The translations under genes were made by a program, and so were the position numbers. The notes under the pieces were generated by a model, which ran no database searches, was not told where the DNA came from, and saw only the letters and a list, made by a program, of their open reading frames with translations. A stretch of DNA of 63,029 bases, counting the filler, from Licmophora abbreviata (Eukaryota): assembly GCA_900291995.1 (NCBI GenBank). It is 11 parts of 11 records of this genome, joined end to end, with 100 filler letters (N's around TTAATTAATTAA, not from the genome) between each part and the next. Parts side by side here need not be neighbours in the genome. Positions count along the whole stretch, not along the records: positions 32,742 to 47,795 come from OLMU01001612.1; positions 47,896 to 50,279 come from OLMU01001613.1; 9 more parts are not named here. One strand, given 5' to 3'. This document shows positions 37,548 to 48,907 of the stretch, piece by piece; position 1 is the stretch's first letter, and every line of letters starts with the position of its first letter.

Positions 37548-37967
37548 TGGAGGCGCAGTATTTCAGCGTATGCACCATCTCCTATAGTAGACGATCGCTA
37601 GTTCGGGACTATGTTCGTACTGCGAAAGTTATAGGGCAATGTGTTCTAAAGATTTTCTTGATGGTGCATGTCTCGCTTTAGCTTAAACTCAAGAAGCATA
37701 TACGTGCCTCTACAGCCGAAGCATCGAATGAGCGTATGAGTTTCGATTCATTCCAACCGAAGCGAGATGTGGAACGTGTCTGAACTATCTTGTTCCACCA
37801 CCAAGAAAGTGGGACTCATTCTAAACACGCTCATGACGGATCATATCGTGACTCAACCACGACCCGTTCGTGTCGTCTCATCTCTCGCCTCGAACTTTGA
37901 CGACGGCGAACGGTGAGCACCTCTCGGCGCAAAACCTCCACATACAGTCCCTCCAGCATCAGTTGTC

Positions 37968-39149
37968 ATGCTCATCCTCCCTCTCAAAGTTCCGACTCGC
38001 TACGATATACGTAAGCCTTTGGCGAAATGGCTAGACGAACGAAACGATGAGGTTCCCGCCAATCCACTCCACTACGTACACGTTCGTCCAAATTTCTTCT
38101 CAAAGGACTGCCAAAGCGATCTCGTACGACTCGCATCCCTTCGAAATTGTTTGTCGGACTCGTTGTTGACTCGCTCTCACAAGGTGGCATTGCAGGAGCT
38201 GGCTCTGGCGGACGCTCACGAGTACTACGCGGCACTTGTCGAATTTGAAACACGAGGTTTTCCGACTGCCGATGAAATGGTAATCATGGGCAGAAATCAG
38301 GATGATTGCCTCCAGATGGAGTGGAGTGACGCCATGGAACCACAACAGCTTGAATCGCATGCAAGTTTGATATGGGAAAGGGCGTGTGCTGCATATACGA
38401 TTGCTGCATTGGAGTCGTATTTGGCAAGTTCGATCGAAGCCCATGACAGGGACTCTTTCAAACAAGTCGTCAAGCATTGTCAGTTTGCAGCCAGTATGAT
38501 GAGACACTTGCGAGAGGATATCGTTGGTGGGCATGACTTTAGAACGGTAGATCTGAGTGTCCCAGCGTTGCAATTTTGGGAATCCGTATCGCTGGCGCAG
38601 GGGCAAGTGGCCGCATACCAAATGGCCAAGTCATCAGCTAGCAGCAACAACAATCCAAAGGATTCGTTATTGTCCTATGTGGCCATGGGAAGCGTACCAC
38701 TTTGGAACGATGCTTTGAAATATAGCACAGACCCCCTATTTACCAGCCAACTACCGAAACCTGCAGAGGAGTGGGGTGCCCACTGCAAGGTACAAAGCAT
38801 GTTGTGGTCCGCTCGCGCCGAGTATCACCAGGCGATTGCAAGTCGACACGCCAGTGAATGGGGCGTGGAAATGGCGTGGCTGGATCAGACCTATACATCC
38901 ATCCAAGCTTGTCGAGGCTTTGTGAAAAAGGCAAATGTCGACAATAACCTGGTGCATGCGGTCGACTCTCTTTACCACCAAGTGCACGATCGGCGGTCGG
39001 AAGCTCAAAAGGATAACAGTACTACGTATGGGGAACGAGTGCCGGAGCAAGTTCCACATATTCGAGCTCAGCAGCTAGTCAAGTCGGATCTTGCACTCCC
39101 AGAGACAATGAGGAAGACCAAAGTGGCACTCTTTCAAAACATACACTAA
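37968..39149 (+). CDS. BRO1 domain protein
   Basis: LILPLK start, LASLRN, MEWSDA, SLIWERACAAY, LAQGQ, ARAEYHQA and KDNSTTYGERVP match the BRO1 pattern. Confidence 0.8.
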   Translation: MLILPLKVPTRYDIRKPLAKWLDERNDEVPANPLHYVHVRPNFFSKDCQSDLVRLASLRNCLSDSLLTRSHKVALQELALADAHEYYAALVEFETRGFPTADEMVIMGRNQDDCLQMEWSDAMEPQQLESHASLIWERACAAYTIAALESYLASSIEAHDRDSFKQVVKHCQFAASMMRHLREDIVGGHDFRTVDLSVPALQFWESVSLAQGQVAAYQMAKSSASSNNNPKDSLLSYVAMGSVPLWNDALKYSTDPLFTSQLPKPAEEWGAHCKVQSMLWSARAEYHQAIASRHASEWGVEMAWLDQTYTSIQACRGFVKKANVDNNLVHAVDSLYHQVHDRRSEAQKDNSTTYGERVPEQVPHIRAQQLVKSDLALPETMRKTKVALFQNIH

Positions 39150-39643
39150 CCTCTACTAAAGAGAGCGGTATCCCGAACTAGAGTCCTTTCTCTTTATAAG
39201 TCTCATGATTTAGCTAGCTTAAGAAGTGGGCGATACTTGTTTCCATAGTGCTTCTGGGGCTCGTAACGGAAGTAGTCACGGTGACGAACCTAAATATGGT
39301 ATCGTCCGTCAGGGGCGCACACATGGGGATTGAACTACGTGTACGAGCTCCGTCGCGAACATACATGTTGACTGATTGATAGCGCGCAATTTTCTGTCTC
39401 CGTTCATAACACGCGTGCCACGCCTAGAAATTAAGAGTCATCTAGGTGATGTTAGGACGGCAGGCTCGAAATCATAACTATTGCGACATCGCGCGGCGCT
39501 CTCACACGACCCACACACTTTTCACACACACACAAAGCAAACAAGCAGGCAGGACGACCACTACTGTGCCAGCCCTGCGACCCATAAGCCGAGTCCGGCG
39601 ACGTCTGACGAGCGAGGATAGCTCCTTAGTGGCGACTGTGACG

Positions 39644-41332
39644 ATGACGATGAACAATAAGGATGGAACCGATAAGAAGGCATCGCCATTATCACTGTTA
39701 GAAGAAGAGGTCAAGTCTTCATCGATATTACAGCAGCAGCAGAGTCCTATTCGAGTACAGCAGCAGCCGCAGCAGCAAGTAGAGTGGGTACAACTGTTGA
39801 CGATGACCAGGCCACCGCTGCAGAAGACAGCATCGGCTGCTACTGCTGGAATGACGAGTGACTCCGTAGCACAGACTTTACTTTCATCCCAACCGGGATT
39901 CTTGCAGCAGCAGCACTTTTTTGTCTGGACATATACGTCGTTTGTTGGGACACTTCTGGGACTCTGGGTACTCTACCTGATCCTTCCAAAGGGACTGCGC
40001 TTTCATTATTGTCGAGCCTATCGACGTCGTTATGTCAGGAGCGAGGTGTCCTTGTCGACGAGAAGAACAATACAAAGTCACCGCTCTCAGGACCGCAGGA
40101 GGACGCGGATACCGAATCGTGATTATTTTGCTGGACTTGAGCAACAACAACAACGACGACGACGACGACGACGCCGATATGCAATGGATGATGATGCTCG
40201 TGAGGAAGCGGATATTCATGGCAAGAATCATCGTTATCAGCGTTATCGTTATCATGATGGTGATGACGATGGCCTAAGTTCAGCTTCATCATCGATCGAC
40301 AGACCCCACACTGCTACCAATAGTAGTACGACGGCGCGAGATCCTTCGCCATCAGCAAGTGGTAGAAGCAGTAGTATCATGGGAAGCTCAGTTTATAGTT
40401 CGGGACAAGACAAGTACAGTCTACATCAAAAACAACAACATCAACGACGAGAAGGAGGATTGGACAAGTATGACGACGATGACACTGGGGGCGCCGGAAC
40501 GATACCAACATGGGATGAAACAACCGAGTCGTCGATAAATTCGTCCAACCTACATCCTCATCACTCACGGGATGATACGACTTCCATCATTTCCAAAAGT
40601 GTGACTTCTTGGAGCTTTCAAACTCCCCGCACTACTGGAACTACTGCTACATACACTATGGACTCACCGAGTGCCGCCACCAGCGCTCCGGCGACGGATG
40701 CTTCTTCCTGGGCGTGGTCTGGAGGTCGCGACAGCACTACTACTACAAGTAGTAGCAGTATCAGCCATTTTCCTTCTCACTCTGTCGCCACCAAGTCACG
40801 ACCACCACCCTCCGAGACGATTGTCACGGAAACCATGACCCGATTAAGGCAACGTGGGATACGATTGATTGCACACGGCGTCCAGTGCGAACCCAAGCGC
40901 GTGTGGATCAAACTGGACGAAGGCTCCTTGACGTGGCAAACAGAATTCCCTCGCCGCATCCCTAATTCCTCGGGAGACGTCAGTTTGGTCCTCATGCGTG
41001 GATCCCTGCACAAGATTGCCCTAGTCAACATTCTGTACGTGGACGTTGGGAAAAAGACGAGCGCGTTGTTGAACATGATGCAAGAGGAACACGTGGCCGA
41101 TGGCATGTGTTTCTCCTTGTTGACGCAGAACGGATCCTTGGACTTGCAGACGAACTCTACATTGGAACGCGATGCATTGGTAGTGTGTTTCAGTAGGGTA
41201 CTGGATACGATTCATGGGTCAGACTACGATTGGAGGGCGATTTACGAGGAATCACCAGCACCGTCGTCGTATGTGACCGGTGCCAGTGGCATCAGCGTCG
41301 ATCCGTATCCAAGTGATGTCGTAATGATTTAG
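39644..41332 (+). CDS. Single-TM protein with low-complexity region and C-terminal PH-like domain
   Basis: TM FFVWTYTSFVGTLLGLWVLYLIL; PH-like VWIKL..LTWQ..ILYVDVGKKT..CFSLLT..SLDLQ..ERDALV. Confidence 0.7.
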   Translation: MTMNNKDGTDKKASPLSLLEEEVKSSSILQQQQSPIRVQQQPQQQVEWVQLLTMTRPPLQKTASAATAGMTSDSVAQTLLSSQPGFLQQQHFFVWTYTSFVGTLLGLWVLYLILPKGLRFHYCRAYRRRYVRSEVSLSTRRTIQSHRSQDRRRTRIPNRDYFAGLEQQQQRRRRRRRRYAMDDDAREEADIHGKNHRYQRYRYHDGDDDGLSSASSSIDRPHTATNSSTTARDPSPSASGRSSSIMGSSVYSSGQDKYSLHQKQQHQRREGGLDKYDDDDTGGAGTIPTWDETTESSINSSNLHPHHSRDDTTSIISKSVTSWSFQTPRTTGTTATYTMDSPSAATSAPATDASSWAWSGGRDSTTTTSSSSISHFPSHSVATKSRPPPSETIVTETMTRLRQRGIRLIAHGVQCEPKRVWIKLDEGSLTWQTEFPRRIPNSSGDVSLVLMRGSLHKIALVNILYVDVGKKTSALLNMMQEEHVADGMCFSLLTQNGSLDLQTNSTLERDALVVCFSRVLDTIHGSDYDWRAIYEESPAPSSYVTGASGISVDPYPSDVVMI

Positions 41333-41370
41333 TCGTCGTCACGTTGTTGCATCTTTTGATAATGGTTATT

Positions 41371-42246
41371 TTAGAATAGAGATTTACGCACGCGGATCCT
41401 CCGTGTCGTTGTCCTTTCGATTGGATACTTTCGCTTTTTGGCGTTTCGTAACAATGAAAAGTACTCGTGCGAGACTCGGTTGGTGGTACTTGGTCGCAAG
41501 AAGGATTCATACACTTGCTTGGCTTCCCGTTCTTCTTCTACATACAGAGGATCTTCCTCCGTGGACTTACGAAGGGGCGCCCTTGTCACACCCCTTGGTG
41601 TATCGTACATGTCGAAATCTGTAAATTTCTCTTGGTCCGACGCTGCATCTTGTAACTGCCGAATCATATCCATCATGTTGGTCCAGTCGCGTCGAATCTG
41701 GTGATTTTGGAGCAATGTGTCCTCGTCGAGCAAGGCCATGCGAGCAAGTCTCCTCAATTCTTCTTCATCAGATAGTGATGGTGATGCAGAGTCGAATGAT
41801 GACGATGATGGATCTGCAGTAGAATTATGGCTACTTCGATCGACGGAATTCAAGTTCAAGTTGGCAATCGACCAGGTTGGATCGGGTATCCGAAAGACTG
41901 ACGGCGTACTAGTCATTTCATCATGATGATGCGATGTTGCGTCGCGCGATGACGAGCTTGAAACAAGACTACGGCGTGTCCAAACTTGAGTTTCCTTTGT
42001 TTTTGGAGAATTTCCATGAATCAGTAGTCTTCCTTTTGAATGGTGTGCTCTGGTACGTCCGAATGATCTCTCTTCACAGTGGGACAGGATGAAACGGCGA
42101 CTCGTCGTCCGAAAAGATGATCCCATGGTCGTCATCGTGGTCGTGGCCGCCGATGGCGCTGTGACCGCCGCGCGGCGCTCCGCGACTCGAGCACAGGGAC
42201 CAACAATCATGACGATGACATGACGACAGACACAGCGCGACCACAT
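41371..42246 (-). CDS. GatC/GatF-like glutamyl-tRNA(Gln) amidotransferase small subunit, probably mitochondrial (start uncertain)
   Basis: PTWSI, EELRRLARMALL, MMDMIRQL, PLRK and EYF; Arg/Ser-rich N-terminus. Possible frameshift at A4 run ~41457. Confidence 0.5.
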   Translation of the reverse strand: MWSRCVCRHVIVMIVGPCARVAERRAAVTAPSAATTTMTTMGSSFRTTSRRFILSHCEERSFGRTRAHHSKGRLLIHGNSPKTKETQVWTRRSLVSSSSSRDATSHHHDEMTSTPSVFRIPDPTWSIANLNLNSVDRSSHNSTADPSSSSFDSASPSLSDEEELRRLARMALLDEDTLLQNHQIRRDWTNMMDMIRQLQDAASDQEKFTDFDMYDTPRGVTRAPLRKSTEEDPLYVEEEREAKQVYESFLRPSTTNRVSHEYFSLLRNAKKRKYPIERTTTRRIRVRKSLF

Positions 42247-42335
42247 TCCTTGCCCTCTCACTATCGTTGTCTCGAAGTTCGTCCCATCCGCCATCCATAT
42301 AGCAGGCTGCCTTGCTAACACAAACAGGCGCTACT

Positions 42336-42920
42336 ATGAAACTCGCGGAAAGCGCAGTACTGCTAGTAGTACTATCGTCATGTGTGGGACAAGACACAGC
42401 AGCTGCCTTTTCCTTGCCAGCGACCTTTGTCCGGCCGTCGCATCATCATCCTTCTTGCTCTATCATAGAAACGACACTGTATAGCAGTCGCCGCGAACAA
42501 GAGATCTCCAAGCTCGAAGAGCAGCTCCGAAAATTGAAAGAAGAAGAAGAAGAAGAAGATGATGATGATGAAATCGAGGAGAAGGAAGAAAGCAAAGTGT
42601 CGACCATTGTCACTTCGGGTGAGCCTCAGGCACTCGCATCGGGTAAGGGAGAAGCAATGTTCTTTACAGAAAGCGATTTGGCAGATCAGGGCATACTGGA
42701 CGACGAGGAGGAGGATTCCCAGTCAAGCACCCGTACTTCGAATACTATGCTGCCCTTGATTGGATTGGGACTGGCTGCCGTACTTGCCTTGGGATTCTTC
42801 TCGCAGGTGCCGGTCGGACAACAGGACTTTCAACGATATGCTACTGCACCTCCTGCGAGTTCGAGAATTGATCTGGGAGACTTGAATGAAGCTAGGTCTA
42901 AGGCGCTCGATGGTCTTTAG
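42336..42920 (+). CDS. Hypothetical plastid-targeted single-TM protein
   Basis: Signal peptide + AAA-FSL, short coiled coil, acidic tract, TM LIGLGLAAVLALGFF, C-terminal IDLGDLN. Confidence 0.7.
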   Translation: MKLAESAVLLVVLSSCVGQDTAAAFSLPATFVRPSHHHPSCSIIETTLYSSRREQEISKLEEQLRKLKEEEEEEDDDDEIEEKEESKVSTIVTSGEPQALASGKGEAMFFTESDLADQGILDDEEEDSQSSTRTSNTMLPLIGLGLAAVLALGFFSQVPVGQQDFQRYATAPPASSRIDLGDLNEARSKALDGL

Positions 42921-43218
42921 CTAGAGCTACAGTTATAATATATACTTGTACGACGGATATAGCCACAACATGTGTCAATTATAGAGAGAATTCATTGCCA
43001 AGCCGTCCGTATACGCAAAATGCATCGAAGTAGTTCTAAACCTTTCGCATCTAGACTAGAGCTCCATCATATTGTATATAGTATCTACCATAAGTGCGAG
43101 TCAGTCAACTCGTCACCGAACCTTCCGTCGATCTGGATGCCGTATCGTCGCCACTTGCAGCAGTAGACGAAGCAACACAGTACGTGCTCCGTGCTGACGA
43201 GAGGCATCCCACTGCTAG

Positions 43219-46200
43219 TCAAAGACAAATCATCGCCGCGATCACCGCTACATAGACCAACGCATCGAAAATGGTCAGCACAGGGTTGAAACCCGATCCG
43301 CTAGTCTCATCGCCCGATCCCTCCACCGCCATTGGAATCTCAAACAAGGAAGAGCGGCGAGCAGGGCCCTCCACATCCAGCATCGCGCGGCGGAGGCTGC
43401 CATCGTCCAAACGCAAGAGCGCAATTCCACGCGCTTCGGCTTCCATCACTCCCGTATCCTCAAAGTACTGAGAGAGTAGTGTCGTGTGAATGGTGCAGTT
43501 GGATCCTTCCACTTCGACCTGCGTTCCTTCAATCTGCGGCATTCCGTCGACAATCGGCATGAAAAACGTACCCTCCGAGTCGGCTGGTATGATCCGAAGT
43601 TGATCGACGGCCAAGAATGAGACATTCTGCACGTCAATGTGGAGACAGAGAGAGATACTTCCGACCGAGGCGGCCCCGACAAGGCAATTGCGATTTGCAT
43701 CGCAAAGGCAGCCTCCAATCGGGATTCCATCATCCGTGGGATTGACACTGGGCACTACGCTAGGGGCAGGCGTGGGGACAATTACGTCGAACGTCACAAC
43801 AGATCCTGTCGACTTTCCATTCGAACGGAGAGAGCCGACAACAACACGAGACCCGTCCCCCGACATCGTCATGCCCTGTACACCGAATCCGAGGCGGTCT
43901 TCGTCGACTCCGCCCTCGGCCTCATCCAGCAAGGTCCAAGACTCTCCATTGGTAAGCTCAAGCATGCGCAAGCTCCCACGTCGCGCGTTGTGGAGGTACG
44001 AGGTGGCAGCAATCCGGAGTCCCGCATGGTCGATAGCAACGGAACGACCAAACCGATCGGTATCGTTTTGTCCCAACACATCGTTTCCAAGGGGCACCCA
44101 CGTGCTGTTCAGCAACAGTACAAACATCGAAACCTTGCCGCGAAGGCGCCCTCCGCCGCTACTGCCAGGAGAACCAACAACGAGTGTAGATCCGTCTCCG
44201 CTAAGCTCCATGGAGAAGCCAAACTGTTCTCCGCCTTCTGACCCTGTTAAGGTCTGCCCGATTTGAACCCAGTCTGTACTAGTGCCGTTACGCTCAAACA
44301 CCTTTACTAATCCGAGTCTCGCCCTCCCATTGCCGATGAAATTTGGAGCAGAAACTGCTAGACGATCTCCAGACTGAGAGAATGAGGTAGCCCATCCAAA
44401 CCGCATCGTACGGGCATTCCCAAAGATAGAGCCCGCTTCAGCCCATTCGCCACCGCTACCTAAACTGTACACATCGACACGGCCGATATTACTCTGGTAC
44501 GTGTCCTGGCCCACAGCAAGAAACGCTCCATTCGAGGCGAGAGCAACACTATCACCGAGCGCTACGGACGGGATGGAGTCGTTCACAAGAATGGGAATCC
44601 CATTTGCAGGAACGTCGTAAACCTCGATTACGGATGCCGGTTTCGTACGACGTAGTACCACACGGGATCCGTCTGCCGAAACTGCTAGACCACTCCCAAG
44701 CTCTTCATTGGTATTTCCTGGAAAGGTCCAGAGGCGCTCCCAGGTTTGGTCGACAAGATTGTATAGAATGACTGCACCTTGCGGATCGTCGTCGCTCTCC
44801 ACCGCGTCGAATCTCGTCAGAGGGGCTCCAACGACAAGACGATCTCCATTGGCAGATGCGATACTAACAGTAGCGCCAAAATGAGAAACCTCATCGGCGC
44901 CATCGTATTGAATACGAGAAACGACTTGCTTGAGATGAGCAGAATCGGGGGGAGGATCGCCGCTGGACGGCTCCAATGAAGGAATGAGCGACGCCGACGG
45001 GAGGAGACTCGGGAAAGTGCTTGGAAAGAAGCTGGGTACACTTGAAGCAGATGGGATGAGACTTGGGAAAAGACTCGCTTCGACACTTGGATATACGCTG
45101 GGAAGGTCACTCGGTTTGACACTCGGCAAGGCGCTTTGAACACCACTGGGAGAGTCACTCGGGCGGGCACTCGGGTCCACAGCAGGTTGGACACTGGGGC
45201 CGCGACTGGGCAATACGCTTGTGAGTGTAGTTGGAGATTCACTTGGACGCGGTGAAGGCAAGGGATTTTGTGGGTAAAGCGAATTCACAGAAATATCAAA
45301 GACTTGGACCTTTCCAATGGGCACACCAGCCATTGCGTCTCTTCCCCCCACCGCGCCCACGGCCAATCGGGAACCATCCTTCGTCATGGAAACCGCGAAC
45401 CCAAATCGATCCATATTCGTCATTCCATTGACTACGTCAACTAGCGTCCACTTGTTCTCGTCCGCTTCGTAGTCCAATACTTGGACGTGCCCTCGCGTCT
45501 CGTTGTGAGCGTGAGAAGAAGCGATAATACGACTGCCATTGTGAGAAATAGCCACTGAATGACCAAAACGATCATTGTCGACGACCCCCGTCATGAATCT
45601 TCCGACTGGAATCCAGCGACTTATAGCTTGCTGGAACGTGTAGACGGTAACCTTGCCACGGAGCTCGCCTCCTCCGGAACTTCCTGGAGATCCAACCACG
45701 AGGGTCGAGCCGTCGGAGCTCAGCATCAAGGAGGATCCAAACTGTTCGAAGGCTTCCGACCCAACCAGATTCTGTCCAAGTCGTGACCATGTGCCCTCGC
45801 CGCCTGCGTTTTCGTAGATGCGAACCAAGCCACGCTTCGCACGATCGTCGTTGGCAAAATCCGGCGCGGAAATAGCAATGCGGTCGCCACTCTCGGAGAA
45901 CGAAGTGGCCCATCCAAACTGTCCATGGATTGCCACCCCTGGAATCGAGACAATTAGCGAGCGATCGATATCCACGATGCGAACGCGACCCGTGTAGTTT
46001 CGAAAGCTTTCCTCGCTGATGGCGAGGAAGTGTCCGTCCAGCGAGAGAGCGACGGTATCGCCGCCTGTAGAACGAATCGGATTGACCAGTTGAGTACGTG
46101 TTGGCAGGGTCTTGTAGAGCTCCACGGACGCATTACGACGAATTGCAACGAGGGACCCATCGCCAGACAAAGCGAGACGATGCCCAATCCCCTCGTCTTC

Positions 46201-46644
46201 TTCGCTTTCAAGGATCCATTGAAGATCCCACTGAGGATGATCGATGGTCGTCTCGTTGAGTTGGTAGAAATAGATGCCGCCGCCATTGATGTCCCCCAAA
46301 CTTGTCTCGGACGAGTTCCAGCTGAGGAGTGGTGCTCCGATAGCAAGGCGACGTCCGCTGTCAGCTGCGATGGTGACAAATGCGCCATATGCGATGGAGT
46401 CGGTCACGCCAGGAGATGGTGAGCCGTAGAGAGTCTGGCCAGTCTGATTGAAGCCGGACATTGCACTAAGATCGCGGCTCAGAGGCTGACAAAGGAATGA
46501 AAGTGGAACGAATGGAGTGAGAGCACGACATTTACACAACCTTATCAATGAAGGATGCCTTGAGGCGTCTGCGTAGCTCACCTTATTTGCCGCTGTAGCC
46601 TGCGCAAGAAAGCCTACGAGAGATATCGTTCGAACGCCTTTCAT
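43219..46644 (-). CDS. Secreted/surface protein with two FG-GAP-like beta-propeller domains, PS-rich linker and C-terminal hydrophobic anchor
   Basis: Repeats FGxxxxxSxxGxRxAxxAP; PSxx tetrapeptide linker; probable 96-nt in-frame intron 46486-46581. Confidence 0.85.
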   Translation of the reverse strand: MKGVRTISLVGFLAQATAANKVSYADASRHPSLIRLCKCRALTPFVPLSFLCQPLSRDLSAMSGFNQTGQTLYGSPSPGVTDSIAYGAFVTIAADSGRRLAIGAPLLSWNSSETSLGDINGGGIYFYQLNETTIDHPQWDLQWILESEEDEGIGHRLALSGDGSLVAIRRNASVELYKTLPTRTQLVNPIRSTGGDTVALSLDGHFLAISEESFRNYTGRVRIVDIDRSLIVSIPGVAIHGQFGWATSFSESGDRIAISAPDFANDDRAKRGLVRIYENAGGEGTWSRLGQNLVGSEAFEQFGSSLMLSSDGSTLVVGSPGSSGGGELRGKVTVYTFQQAISRWIPVGRFMTGVVDNDRFGHSVAISHNGSRIIASSHAHNETRGHVQVLDYEADENKWTLVDVVNGMTNMDRFGFAVSMTKDGSRLAVGAVGGRDAMAGVPIGKVQVFDISVNSLYPQNPLPSPRPSESPTTLTSVLPSRGPSVQPAVDPSARPSDSPSGVQSALPSVKPSDLPSVYPSVEASLFPSLIPSASSVPSFFPSTFPSLLPSASLIPSLEPSSGDPPPDSAHLKQVVSRIQYDGADEVSHFGATVSIASANGDRLVVGAPLTRFDAVESDDDPQGAVILYNLVDQTWERLWTFPGNTNEELGSGLAVSADGSRVVLRRTKPASVIEVYDVPANGIPILVNDSIPSVALGDSVALASNGAFLAVGQDTYQSNIGRVDVYSLGSGGEWAEAGSIFGNARTMRFGWATSFSQSGDRLAVSAPNFIGNGRARLGLVKVFERNGTSTDWVQIGQTLTGSEGGEQFGFSMELSGDGSTLVVGSPGSSGGGRLRGKVSMFVLLLNSTWVPLGNDVLGQNDTDRFGRSVAIDHAGLRIAATSYLHNARRGSLRMLELTNGESWTLLDEAEGGVDEDRLGFGVQGMTMSGDGSRVVVGSLRSNGKSTGSVVTFDVIVPTPAPSVVPSVNPTDDGIPIGGCLCDANRNCLVGAASVGSISLCLHIDVQNVSFLAVDQLRIIPADSEGTFFMPIVDGMPQIEGTQVEVEGSNCTIHTTLLSQYFEDTGVMEAEARGIALLRLDDGSLRRAMLDVEGPARRSSLFEIPMAVEGSGDETSGSGFNPVLTIFDALVYVAVIAAMICL

Positions 46645-47395
46645 CGTGCCGAGAACAATAAGTCAAACTTCGAGAGAAGACTTTTCAGTTGCTATCTAGA
46701 GTCTAGCACGAGAAGTGAGTGACATGGAAGACGTGTCATGCATGAACGAGTCACAGTTCGAAGGCAATCGGTGTGGGCTTCCTCCTAAGTACAAGTAGCA
46801 ACCATGACTGCTCCTAAGCAAAACGCAGCTCATCATTTTGAGGAAGACGGACGGCGTCTAAACCAGCCGATCCTTCTCACAATATGTGTTGTCGATCTGA
46901 TGGCGCGGCATCAATTCTCTACGGCTTGATGTGCAGCACGGATCCCATCTACAAGCGCGAAGACGCTGCATGGCGTGATCGCGACGAAAAGAGGACCTTT
47001 CCGTGCCGTCTCTGTTTTGCTGTTGATTTTTGTTGTACATCCTCTGAATGATGACGACTGACTCACTCGCTAGTCCCATCATTACCAAAAGAAAAGGTAA
47101 GGAGACTACGTTGTGATCGGTACGCTGCAACACTAAATATGTGCAGCGCAAAGCATCATCATCAGCAACGTGGTGAGTCTCTCGTCGGCGCGGTGCTCTC
47201 ATCTCTCATCGCGTTTTTCATTGTTAGGTTGATTCACGAGTATGTCGTCACTTTCCGGTCGTGCCTTACAGTGGAAGTTCCCATGGACTACCAATAGTAA
47301 CGGTAGAACACAACAAGTTGTACACCAACGGGTTGGACAATAGCAGTTTACTAATACTTACCGATTACATTGCATCCATCGTGCTAGATCAGTGA

Positions 47396-48487
47396 TCACG
47401 CTTTCTTCATCATGGACGATAGTTTTTCCATCAGATAGTCATTGCTGGTGATTGGTTCGTACTTCTTGGGCTTTTCCTGCGAGCAGAACGTTGGATGCAC
47501 ATCGACGAGTGAATTGGCGTCGGGATCGACAAAGCAAGCAATAGAATATCGCGACCTGGCTGCCGCCTCCGGATCAGTCACGACCACTCGATGAGCTGTG
47601 GCGTTCCATTCGTCGTTGGTCCAACGTGCCATCAACGCGCCCGTGTTGACAACCATCACTACCTCGCTACTCGCCGGAACAGGCAGGACAACATTCTGCC
47701 AACCTTCGGCTTCGCCACCCTTCTCAACCTCGCCACCACTGACGGGTTTGAGTTGCAGTCCATCTGGCCCATGGTCTGGGTGTACCATGAGGAACNNNNN
47801 NNNNNNNNNNNNNNNNNNNNNNNNNNNNNNNNNNNNNNNTTAATTAATTAANNNNNNNNNNNNNNNNNNNNNNNNNNNNNNNNNNNNNNNNNNNNGGATG
47901 GGCTTGTCCGTGTCACCAAAGTCACCAGTTTCTTCAAAGTCGCAGGGTGGATAATGCAGAAGACGGACAGTGCAAAGATCATAGGTTTTCAGACCCTTGC
48001 TGAAGAAATCGAGCGGGAGTTGCAAGGCCAGCGCACAGGCAATGGCGTAGCGGTACGCCAGCTTCTGATAAAACGACAACAGTGTGTCGGTCATATCTGT
48101 GAAGCCTTCGGGGCATCCCGCCAAGTCATTAGTATGCTTCGGAGGATATCGAATGTTGAAAGCTTCCTTGAGTTCCGCAGGTCGGGCTCGATTGATGTTT
48201 TCGGAACGAAATGGAGAGTATCCGGTGTTTGTTTCCGGGCTGATACGCGCTAGAGTGTCTTCCTTGTTTGGCAACGAAAATAGTTCTTTTGAGGCAACAA
48301 AGATACTTTCGCGCAAGGCCTCGTCCATCCCGAAATTCGTCATGCATAAGAAGCCGTTCTCGCGACAGATCTTGTCGATCTGCTCAGCGACCTTCAGCTG
48401 GGCTGCCGTCGGCTCGGCGCCAGCCGTGGCCCCCTCATCGGCGAGAAAGGGAGAAAAATCGACAAGAGGGATCGTGTTGGTAGCCAT
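47396..48487 (-). CDS. 2OG-Fe(II) dioxygenase, DIOX_N/IPNS-like (split by gap)
   Basis: IPLVDFS, GFL, RLLHYPP | GLQL, VVNTGALMARWTN, HRV and RYSIACF; the HxD motif falls in the gap. Confidence 0.9.
47796..47895. other. Artificial scaffold gap spacer (inside a gene)
   Basis: N44-TTAATTAATTAA-N44. Confidence 0.98.
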
Positions 48488-48907
48488 TGTGAGTGAAATC
48501 TATATCTTTTGTGTGTTATTATATAAGCATCGTGTACCTATGGCGCTGCGATGCTGCGATGGGATTGCTTTTCGTCGTCACATTCACATCAAAAAGAAGA
48601 CTACACCGAAAACAAAAAACCTCCTTCGACATCAAAGAAGTTTGTCGACTGGGGTAGTGGAATCAGGAACTTTCATTCTAGTCATATGTTCAACATTTGT
48701 AGGGTGGGTGATCGCGATGTTCCCGCGACTTCTTCCAAAGTATGACGTCACGCTCGAGAAGTTCCAGGATTCGTTTTCGTCGCGTTTTGTGAGAAAAGAT
48801 GCGGGGCGAAGACATCAACCTCACAATTTCAAAATTTTACTTCTGGCCCACACCCCACACACTCTTACACTTACACTGGCGTTCTCATAACGCCCAACCG
48901 TCCCGCA

